64,000 nt of DNA from Collinsella sp. Its GTDB lineage: Bacteria; Actinomycetota; Coriobacteriia; Coriobacteriales; Coriobacteriaceae. Both the position numbers and the translations under genes were made by a program. The notes below the pieces were generated by a model that made no database searches, had not been told where the DNA came from, and saw only the letters and a list, made by a program, of their open reading frames with translations. Below, piece by piece: positions 20,035 to 28,034 of this stretch. The stretch lies in NCBI GenBank assembly GCA_048485835.1, contig DBFWBE010000003.1, forward strand, positions 86,399-150,398, given 5' to 3'. The stretch's first letter is position 1; each line of letters starts with the position of its first letter.

Positions 20035-20907
20035 CTAGGAGAACATGCCGGTGAGGTAATCATTCAGCCGCTTATCCTTGGGCCGTTGGAAAATCTCGTC
20101 AGTCTCGTCGTACTCGACCATATCGCCCATGTAGAAGAACGCCGTGCGGTTGGACACGCGCGACGCCTGCTCCATGTTGTGCGTCACGATAACGATGGCG
20201 CGGTCGGCCACGATCGATGACATGAGGTCCTCGATCGCCAGCGTCGAGATGGGGTCGAGCGCCGAGCAGGGCTCGTCGAACAGAATCACGTCGGGGTTGA
20301 GCGCCAGCGTGCGCGCGATGCACAGACGCTGCTGCTGGCCGCCCGAAAGCGCGTAGGCGCTCTTGTCGAGCTTGTCTTTGACCTCGTCCCAAAGCGCCGC
20401 GCCGCGCAGGCTTTCCTCGACCATGCGGTCGAGCTCGTCGCGGTCGGTGATGCCGTGGCGCTTAGGCGCAAACGTGATGTTGTCGCGAATGGACTTGCGG
20501 AACGGGTTGGGCTGCTGGAACACCATGCCAATGGAACGGCGCAGCTCGTAGGTGTTTTCGGTCCTGGTGTTCACGTTGCGCCCGCGATAGTTGATCTCGC
20601 CCTCCACGCGGCAGCCGCAAATCTCGCGATTCATGAGGTTGAGGCTACGCAAGAAGGTCGACTTACCGCAGCCCGAAGGCCCGATGAGCGCCGTGATCTC
20701 GCCCTTGTGAAAGTCGAGCGACGTATTGTGCAGTGCATGGTGGTCGCCATAGTACACGTTGACGTCCTTGGTGGAGAGCACGACCTCGTCGCTCACGGCC
20801 TTGCCGCTCGCGCGCACGCGCTTCTCGCTCTCCCCCACGCTCGACAAAAAGTCCTGGGTCTCGGACGATGCCGCCTCAGTTGCGGGCGTTGCATTTATCT
20901 CGCTCAT
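20035..20907 (-). CDS. pstB: Phosphate ABC transporter ATP-binding protein
   Basis: GPSGCGKST, VFQQPNPF, LSGGQQQRLCIAR, DEPCSALDP. Confidence 0.96.
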   Translation of the reverse strand: MSEINATPATEAASSETQDFLSSVGESEKRVRASGKAVSDEVVLSTKDVNVYYGDHHALHNTSLDFHKGEITALIGPSGCGKSTFLRSLNLMNREICGCRVEGEINYRGRNVNTRTENTYELRRSIGMVFQQPNPFRKSIRDNITFAPKRHGITDRDELDRMVEESLRGAALWDEVKDKLDKSAYALSGGQQQRLCIARTLALNPDVILFDEPCSALDPISTLAIEDLMSSIVADRAIVIVTHNMEQASRVSNRTAFFYMGDMVEYDETDEIFQRPKDKRLNDYLTGMFS

Positions 20908-21830
20908 TCGGCCGTCATCTTCCTTGCCAGTTGTTTGCCCACGATACGGGCGACTACGTTAAACAGCAGCACGCAAATCATCAGCAGCGCCGCGGTGCCC
21001 CAAACGATCTGCTGGGCCTCGGGGCTGCCCTCGCCATAGATCTTGTAGATGTGCACGGCGAGCGACTCACCGGGGCGGAACACGTTCCAGGCGCAGGTGG
21101 GGCTCGACAGGTTAAAGCTCAAGAAGTTCAGACGCACCGGCGAGCTCATGCCCGAGGTAAAGAGCAGCGCCGCGGCCTCGCCAAAGACGCGGCCGGCCGA
21201 AAGCACGATGCCGGTCACGATGGCGGGCATGGCCTCGGGAATCAGGATGTGCAGCGTGGCCTCCCAGCGGGTAAGGCCCATGGCCAGGCATGCATCGCGC
21301 TGGGCCTGTGGCACGTCCTCGAGCGCCTGCTGAATCACGCGCACCAGAATGGGGATATTGAACATGGTGAGCGCGACGGCGCCGGAGATGATGGAGTACT
21401 TCCAGCCCAGCTGCACCGAGAACACCAGGAAGCCAAACATGCCGACGACGATGGAAGGCAGCGAGGACAGCGTCTCGATGGCGGTAGAGGCGATGTCGCG
21501 GATAGGGCCGTTCGGCGCGTACTCAACCAGGAAGACCGCTCCGCCTAGGCTGATGGGCACCGAGATGATCAGAGTGATCAGCAGCAGGTAGAACGAGTCG
21601 AACAGCTGGTAGAGCACGCCGCCCTGCGTTCCGTTGGCGCGCGACGGCTCTGTGAGAAAGCCCGGCTGGAACAGCGTCGAGATGCCCTCGAACAGGATAT
21701 AGGCCACCATGGAGATGACGATGAGCATGACGATGGCGACGATCGCCGTCAGCACGCCCGTGGCGATGCGATCCTGCTTTTGGACACGCCCGAGCCTCGC
21801 CTCGTCGATGTGGATGCGCGTGCTAGCCAC
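20904..21830 (-). CDS. pstA: Phosphate ABC transporter permease
   Basis: SLPSIVVG, GRVFGEAAA. Probable GTG start overlaps the pstC stop. Confidence 0.93.
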   Translation of the reverse strand: MASTRIHIDEARLGRVQKQDRIATGVLTAIVAIVMLIVISMVAYILFEGISTLFQPGFLTEPSRANGTQGGVLYQLFDSFYLLLITLIISVPISLGGAVFLVEYAPNGPIRDIASTAIETLSSLPSIVVGMFGFLVFSVQLGWKYSIISGAVALTMFNIPILVRVIQQALEDVPQAQRDACLAMGLTRWEATLHILIPEAMPAIVTGIVLSAGRVFGEAAALLFTSGMSSPVRLNFLSFNLSSPTCAWNVFRPGESLAVHIYKIYGEGSPEAQQIVWGTAALLMICVLLFNVVARIVGKQLARKMTAE

Positions 21831-22731
21831 GAGCCTTCGCCCCCTTGCGGCCAATGAGATGGATGATCAGGATGAAGATGAGGCTCATGCCCATCAGCAG
21901 CAGACCGAGTGCCCACAGGACGTCGTCCTGGGCCGAGCCCTCGGCGTAGACCGCCATGGACGTGGTGAGCGTGGTGGTGATGGTCGAAGCCGGCGACAGC
22001 AGCGACGTCGGCATGGCCTCGATGCCGCCGATGACCATGCGCACGGCGAGCGTCTCGCCAAAGGCGCGGGTCATGCCCAAGATAACCGCGGTCATGAGCG
22101 ACGGCATGGCGGACTTGAGCACCACGTGCCAGATGGTCTGCCAGCGGGTGTAGCCCAGCGCGAGCGAGCCCTGTCGGTAGCCGTCGGGCACGGCGCGCAG
22201 GCCATCGACCGAAAGCGTGGTCATCGTCGGCAGAATCATGACCGCCAGCACGATGGCGCCGGGCAAGATGCCCAGGCCCGTGCTCACGTGGAAAACGCTC
22301 TTCATAAGACCGACGACCACGTGAAAACCGATCAGGCCAAAGACGACCGAGGGGATGCCGGTCAAAAGCTCAATGAGCGGCTGAAAGATCTTAGAGCCAA
22401 ACTTAGGGCTAATCTCGACCGCAAAGATGGCAGAGCCGATGGCGATGGGCAGCGCGATAAGCGTGGAGAGTACCATGACCGCAAACGAGGTGACGATCAG
22501 GGGCAGGGCGCCGGTATAGGGCAGGCCGTTTTCGGCTGTGTTGGCCAGGTCCCACTTGGTGCCGGTGAAAAACTCGACGACCGAGACGCCGTCCTTGACA
22601 AAAGCCGAGAGGCCCTTTTGGGCGACCATAAAGATGAGCGCGGCAACGACAAGCGTCACGAGCGCTACGCACGCGCCCGTGACGCCCAGGCCCACGTTCT
22701 CAAGGTCGCGCTTTGGCAGCTGTTTTGCCAT
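21823..22731 (-). CDS. pstC: Phosphate ABC transporter permease
   Basis: GIPSVVFG, MILPT, RAFGETLAV. Confidence 0.95.
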   Translation of the reverse strand: MAKQLPKRDLENVGLGVTGACVALVTLVVAALIFMVAQKGLSAFVKDGVSVVEFFTGTKWDLANTAENGLPYTGALPLIVTSFAVMVLSTLIALPIAIGSAIFAVEISPKFGSKIFQPLIELLTGIPSVVFGLIGFHVVVGLMKSVFHVSTGLGILPGAIVLAVMILPTMTTLSVDGLRAVPDGYRQGSLALGYTRWQTIWHVVLKSAMPSLMTAVILGMTRAFGETLAVRMVIGGIEAMPTSLLSPASTITTTLTTSMAVYAEGSAQDDVLWALGLLLMGMSLIFILIIHLIGRKGAKARG

Positions 22732-22755
22732 TGCAAACCTTTCCGGGGCGATTAC

Positions 22756-23694
22756 TTATTTAGCGGAGACCTTGCCGCTGGCGTCTTTGACGACCTTCAT
22801 GGCAGAGACGGGGATAAAGCCCTGCCCCTCGACGAGCTTGCCCTGAACGTCGTCGGAGAGCATAAACTCCAGGAAGGCCTTGGTGGCCTCGTCGGCGTCC
22901 TTGGAGCAGTACATGTGCTCGGTAGCCCAGATCTTGAAAGAGTCGTCGGTGACGTTCTTGCTCTTGGGCTCGACGCCCTCGACTTTGATGGCGTTGAACT
23001 TGGAGTCATCGAAGTGCGAGAAGTCGAGGTAGGAGATGGCGTTGTCGGTACTGCCCATCTGAGTCTGGACGTCGCCGGACTTGTCGAGCTCGGCGTCGCC
23101 CTTAAAGTCGACGGCCTCGTCACCAAAGACGGCGGCCTCGAAGGTGGCGCGGGTGCCGGAGCCGGCCTTGCGGTTGAGGACGACGATCTTGACGTCGTCG
23201 CCGCCGACCTCCTTCCAGTTGGTGATCTGGCCGGAGAAGATACCCTTGAGCTGCTCGAGGGACAGGTCGTCGACCGTCACGTTCTTGGAGACGACGGGAC
23301 CCATACCCACGACGGCGACCTCGTGGTCGACGAGGTTCTTGACCTGGTCGGCCTCGAGCTTGGTCTCGGCGAAGACGTCGGAGTTACCGATGGTGACGGT
23401 GCCAGCGGCGACAGCGGTCAGACCCTTGCCCGAACCGTTGCCCGAGCCGGAGATGGAGACGTCGGGGTTGGCATCCATGAACTTCTCGGCAGCAGCCTCG
23501 ACGAGAGCCTGGAACGAGGAGGCACCGTCGTAGGTCACCTCGCCGGAGACGGACTCGGCAGCGGCGGCGCTACCCTTGTCGGCGGCACCGGAGGCACCTG
23601 AGCCGCCGCAGCCAACGAGGCCGAGGCCCACGAAGCTGGCGAGGCCACCAGCGAGGCCGAGGAACTGACGACGAGAATAAGCCTGATCGAGCAT
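22756..23694 (-). CDS. pstS: Phosphate-binding lipoprotein with twin-arginine-type signal
   Basis: SRRQFL...LVGC signal, GSGKG, RKAGSGTR. First gene of the pst operon. Confidence 0.93.
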   Translation of the reverse strand: MLDQAYSRRQFLGLAGGLASFVGLGLVGCGGSGASGAADKGSAAAAESVSGEVTYDGASSFQALVEAAAEKFMDANPDVSISGSGNGSGKGLTAVAAGTVTIGNSDVFAETKLEADQVKNLVDHEVAVVGMGPVVSKNVTVDDLSLEQLKGIFSGQITNWKEVGGDDVKIVVLNRKAGSGTRATFEAAVFGDEAVDFKGDAELDKSGDVQTQMGSTDNAISYLDFSHFDDSKFNAIKVEGVEPKSKNVTDDSFKIWATEHMYCSKDADEATKAFLEFMLSDDVQGKLVEGQGFIPVSAMKVVKDASGKVSAK

Positions 23695-23895
23695 GATCTT
23701 CCTTTCATACATGCGACTCGCGGGCACCCTGCCCGCTTTGCTGTTTGGAAAGATACGGCCCCGATCGGGCGACGGCCGCGTTATCTGCGGTTTCTTACGG
23801 GCTATTGATAGACCCTTACCGCAAGCTCTGCCCAGCCTTTACAAACGGATAACAATCCAGCGCCGAACATGGCGCACCTTTTACACCAGAGCAAA

Positions 23896-23953
23896 GTAGT
23901 CATTGGGGACGTTCTTAAACGACTAGTTAAACAAGAATGTCCCCAATGACTAC
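23896..23953. repeat. Inverted pair of GTAG-initial REP-like units
   Basis: GTAGTCATTGGGGACGTTCTTAAACGACTAG ... AAGAATGTCCCCAATGACTAC. Near-identical copies at 34025-34196 and 37238-37295. Confidence 0.85.
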
Positions 23954-23954
23954 A

Positions 23955-24253
23955 TCGATGTTTTGGCAAAGTCAGCGAAAACGCCCCTAAGCGAGCAAGG
24001 TAACGTGAAAGAGGAGGGAAGCGTACTTCGGTACGCGACCGACGATTGAACGTCAGGTTGCCGCTTAGGGGCGTTTGCAGCGTCGAGCCGTTACGCGGTT
24101 TGGAAAACCGCGTAACCTTAGTAATACAGGTTTATATCCAAGCAGGATATGGGGGTTTCCCAGGTGCCCGAGATTGCCCCGAAAGAGGAGCGCCGCGTAC
24201 TTTGGTACGCAAGCGACGGTTTGAGGGGCAAGGTCGGGTGCCTGGGGAAGCCC
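23955..24253. repeat. Two members of a structured long-hairpin repeat family
   Basis: 23955-24116 is homologous to 34216-34382 and 37411-37573. 24150-24253 shares the GAAAGAGGAG...GCGTAC-TTNG-GTACGC...GACG.TTTGA core. Confidence 0.8.
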
Positions 24254-25689
24254 TACAGCTCGAGTTCGTTGAGGCGCAGGATTGCCACGATGTAGATCTT
24301 GAGCGCTTGCTTGAGCTGTTCCTCGTTGGCGCACTCGTTGGGGCCGTGCATCTGGCCGCCCCATGCGGGCAGCTCCAAGCCGGTCTCCTCGGGGCCAAAC
24401 GACACGGCGCGGGCAAAGTTGCGCGCGTACGTGCCGCCGCCCATGGCAAAGGGCTCAGCATGCTTGCCCGTAAACTCGTTATAGGTATCAATAAGCGCCT
24501 TCACGGCCGGATCGTCGGCAGAGACCGAGAACGGCACCTTCGCGCGACCCAGCTGGCACGTCACACCAAAACGGCCCACGAGCGGCTCGAGCTGCTCGCG
24601 GATGGTATCGGCACTGGTGCTATCGGGGAAGCGCACGTCGATGACCTGCTCGATGTGGCCATCCACCACACGGATGACGCCGGGATTGCAGGTGAGCGGG
24701 CCAAACGCCGGGCTCGTCGCGTCGATACCCAGGCCGCGGCCATAGGCGTCCGCATGCACAAAGGCCAAAAACTTGACAAACTCGTGCTCGGCAGGCGTCA
24801 GCAGGCGCTCGTCGCGTGCACCAAACGCGTCCTCGGCCTCGCGCAGATACGACACGATCAGGCCGACGGCGTTGATGGTGCCCTCGGGCATCGAGGCATG
24901 ACCGCCAATGCCGTGGGCAAAAATCTGCGCATGCCCGTTATCGAGCGTCGTGATCTCCAGGCGGTCGGCGTTCTCGACCGGCGCCGGCAGTTCATCGGCG
25001 GCAATCGCAAGTTCGCAGATGGACTGCGACGGGATAGCGTTACTCGCCTCGGCACCGCTCCACGATACGATGCGTCCTCCATCGATCTTGGGGCTCACAA
25101 ACGTCGCCCCAAACTGGCCCTTCTCGGCATTGCAGACCGGGAACTCGGCATCGGGCGTAAACAGAAAGTCGGGGTCTGCGTGGTTCTCCAGATAATGGTG
25201 AACGTCGGACATGCCCACTTCCTCATCGCAGCCCAGCAGCGCGCGGAAGGTATAGCGCGGCACAATGCCGTGCTTGAGCAGGTACGCGCCGGCATAAAGC
25301 GACAACACCGCCGGGCCCTTGTCGTCGATCACGCCACGGCCGAGCAGCCAGCCCTCGCGACGCTCCATCGCAAACGGGTCGGTGTTCCAGCCGGGGCCGG
25401 CGGGCACCACGTCCACGTGGCAGATGGTCGCGAGCTGCTTGTCGCCGCGACCCGGGATATCGGCAATGCCCACATAGCCCTCGTCGTCGCTCGTCTGGTA
25501 GCCGAGCTTTTGCGCAATGCCGAGCGCGCAATCGAGCGCATCACGGACCGGGCGGCCAAACGGCGCACCGGGCTCTGCATTGGCAGCAACGGCCACGGAC
25601 GGATAGCTCACCAGTTGTTCGATATCGGCGACAACATCCTCCCAGACCTCGTCGACATACTCAGCGACGCTCTGCTCCACCTGATTCAT
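24253..25689 (-). CDS. pepV: M20 dipeptidase (PepV/Sapep family)
   Basis: CHVDVVP, GRGVIDDKGP, GCDEE, TPDAEFP, GGGTYAR, HGPNE. Confidence 0.88.
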   Translation of the reverse strand: MNQVEQSVAEYVDEVWEDVVADIEQLVSYPSVAVAANAEPGAPFGRPVRDALDCALGIAQKLGYQTSDDEGYVGIADIPGRGDKQLATICHVDVVPAGPGWNTDPFAMERREGWLLGRGVIDDKGPAVLSLYAGAYLLKHGIVPRYTFRALLGCDEEVGMSDVHHYLENHADPDFLFTPDAEFPVCNAEKGQFGATFVSPKIDGGRIVSWSGAEASNAIPSQSICELAIAADELPAPVENADRLEITTLDNGHAQIFAHGIGGHASMPEGTINAVGLIVSYLREAEDAFGARDERLLTPAEHEFVKFLAFVHADAYGRGLGIDATSPAFGPLTCNPGVIRVVDGHIEQVIDVRFPDSTSADTIREQLEPLVGRFGVTCQLGRAKVPFSVSADDPAVKALIDTYNEFTGKHAEPFAMGGGTYARNFARAVSFGPEETGLELPAWGGQMHGPNECANEEQLKQALKIYIVAILRLNELEL

Positions 25690-25744
25690 GGACGACCTCC
25701 TTACCAATGAGCGACGGGTACGCCCGCCCCTCACATTATGTCTA

Positions 25745-26407
25745 TTAGATAGCGAAAAGTTTAGCAAGCTCGGCCACCGAGTGCACCACCGCATCGGCGC
25801 CCGCGGCCTCGTGCTCCCCCGGCGCTGCCGCGCCCGAATAGATGCCGATGCACGGCACGCCCATCGCGTGCGCGCCCTCCACATCGTTAAAGCGATCGCC
25901 GATCATCACGGCATCGTCGGCCGTCGCGCCGAGCGCCGCCAGGGCATCGCGAACCGAATCGGCCTTGGTCTCGCGTCCCTGCGGCGGATTCATGCCAACC
26001 ACCGCCTCAAACTGCGAAAGCCCCAGCTCGTCCACCATGTCAATGCACTTTGCCTCCATGCGTGACGTCGCCACGGCCATGCGATGACCCTGCGCCGCCA
26101 AGCCATCGAGCAGCTCGGGAATTCCGTCGAACACGGGATACTCCTCCGGACCCAGCTCGTCAAAAAAGGCACGGTACTCGTCGGCCACCACGAGCGACTC
26201 CTCGCGCGTAAAGCCGTAAAAGTCGTGGAAGCTCTTCCACAGCGGAGGCCCGATCATGCGACGCAGGTCACCCATCTGCGCCTCCGAAAACCCGCGCGCG
26301 GCCAACGTTTTGCGTGTCGAGGTCATCACCGCCCGACCCGTATCTGCCACCGTGCCATCGAAATCAAACAACACGACCGGCCGCTTGCCTATCTCCAGCG
26401 CCTCCAT
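25745..26407 (-). CDS. HAD-IA hydrolase (phosphoglycolate phosphatase-like)
   Basis: FDFDGTV, IGPPL, ATS, MIGDRFND. Confidence 0.9.
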   Translation of the reverse strand: MEALEIGKRPVVLFDFDGTVADTGRAVMTSTRKTLAARGFSEAQMGDLRRMIGPPLWKSFHDFYGFTREESLVVADEYRAFFDELGPEEYPVFDGIPELLDGLAAQGHRMAVATSRMEAKCIDMVDELGLSQFEAVVGMNPPQGRETKADSVRDALAALGATADDAVMIGDRFNDVEGAHAMGVPCIGIYSGAAAPGEHEAAGADAVVHSVAELAKLFAI

Positions 26408-26563
26408 CGGTATCCCTCTTCCCCAGTTGATGATTTCCACACCGACACTTCAAACTGTTGACTATTCAACAATTGAACCTAGCAATGTAGAGCAACTCCA
26501 CTATACTTGTCGCACTTTGCTCTCAGAAGGCGGCGCCGTCGCGCCCCAACGAAAGGTGCAATT

Positions 26564-27424
26564 ATGTCTTTTGCCATCATAACCGACTCCACGTCGGACA
26601 TCTCCCCCGCCCGCGCCCAAGAGCTCGGCATTTACGTGATTCCGCTGCATGTGATTATCGAGGGCGAGGACCTGCTCGACCAGGTGCAGATTACTGCCGA
26701 GGAATACGTCGCGCGCATGGCCGGCTCCGAGCAGCTGCCGCACACCTCGCAGCCGAGCGCCGGCGAGTTCAAGGCGCTGTTTGACCGCGTGCGCGCCGAT
26801 GGCCACGACAGCGCGATCTTTATCTCGCTGTGCAGCGAGTGGTCCGCCTGCTATTCCAACGCATGCCTGGTCGCCGAGACCCACGAGCTCGACGTGCGCT
26901 GCATCGATTCGCGCACCGGCTCGGGCGCCGAGGGTCTGCTGGTGGAGTACGCGCTTGCCATGCGCGAGGACGGCCGCAGCTTGGACGAGACCGAGGCGCA
27001 GATCCGCGCGACGTTGCCCGACGCCCACCTGCTGCTGATTCCCCGAACGCTCGAGAACCTGGTCAAAAACGGCCGCGCCCCCAAGCTCGCCGGCCAGCTG
27101 ACGCAGATGCTCAACATTCGCCTGGCCGTTTCGCCGGAGTGGCAGTCGGGCGAGATCAAGGCCATCAAGAAGGGTCGCGGCTCTAAGCGCATCGTCGCCA
27201 ACACCATGGCCGACTGCCTCGCGTTTTTGGCCGAGCACCCGGGCTCGAGCGTGCGCGTGCTCACGACCGGCGCTGCCGAGGAGCAGGAACTCGTCAACCA
27301 AGCGCTCGCGGGCCAAGACTACGTCGACGCCGGCACCGGCCCCATCGGCTGCACCATCGCAACCCACGTGGGCGTGGACGCCATCGCCATCAGCTACTGC
27401 CCCCGCTACCAGCCCGTTCACTAG
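26564..27424 (+). CDS. DegV family fatty-acid-binding protein
   Basis: IITDSTSD, TSQPS, NGR, HVG. Confidence 0.93.
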   Translation: MSFAIITDSTSDISPARAQELGIYVIPLHVIIEGEDLLDQVQITAEEYVARMAGSEQLPHTSQPSAGEFKALFDRVRADGHDSAIFISLCSEWSACYSNACLVAETHELDVRCIDSRTGSGAEGLLVEYALAMREDGRSLDETEAQIRATLPDAHLLLIPRTLENLVKNGRAPKLAGQLTQMLNIRLAVSPEWQSGEIKAIKKGRGSKRIVANTMADCLAFLAEHPGSSVRVLTTGAAEEQELVNQALAGQDYVDAGTGPIGCTIATHVGVDAIAISYCPRYQPVH

Positions 27425-27436
27425 AGGCACCTTTAC

Positions 27437-27506
27437 CACTTGCGGTGGAATAGGGACTGTTTTTTGGCTTATCAGCCGCAAATCAATCCCTATTCCACCG
27501 CAACTT
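27437..27506. repeat. Palindromic ~70-bp unit, direct-repeat copy 1
   Basis: TTGCGGTGGAATAGGGA...TCCCTATTCCACCGCAA. Near-identical to 31003-31071. Confidence 0.9.
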
Positions 27507-27593
27507 TTTTGCTGCGCCATCCGCATACAAGATATTGCTGGCAATCGGCGCGTTCCCAGCTGTACGGGGAGCTCTAATTGGCCCCCGACGATA

Positions 27594-27819
27594 CCCAGTG
27601 GAAAAAACGGCAAATATGAGTACTGTCACAATTTTAGTAACAGCAAAATTTCGCTGAAATTGCCCACTTCCACCGATTTTCAAGCTCCATAAAGCACCGA
27701 ATCGTCGTATTTAGGGGGTTGATATATGCAATCGCAGCCAATTGGTCTTAAATACTTTCCAAATGATATGATTCTATCCTAGCAACAGTACTCATATTTG
27801 CCATTTTTTGACCACGGGG
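27594..27819. mobile_element. MITE-like element (family A, copy 1) with ~36-bp TIRs
   Basis: GTGGAAAAAACGGCAAATATGAGTACTGT ... ACAGTACTCATATTTGCCATTTTTTGACCAC. Second copy at 58473-58707. Confidence 0.8.
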
Positions 27820-28034
27820 TCTCCTGGTGGCTTGACCCCCACGCCTCCAGCCCATCTCATGACCGCTAAAGCCATTTAAGACCAGCAGCCACACGTTCCG
27901 GCGCGGGCCAGGCACCGTTCACGGAGCGACAACCCACCGTTGCCGAACCAAAATCGATGTCGAGTATCCCAAAAAAACGAAATGCCGTACTCTCATCTCA
28001 ATAAACTCCTTTAAGACGAGAGTACGGCATTCGA

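Noticed and set aside
23838..23890. Possible Pho box (TTTACA-N5-ATAACA) upstream of pstS
   Set aside because: Only one weak pair, and the consensus for this lineage is unknown to me.
21709..25710. Long plus-strand ORFs opposite pst and pepV (similar ones lie opposite metG, serA, tgt and the C69 peptidase)
   Set aside because: Shadow frames of well-supported genes.
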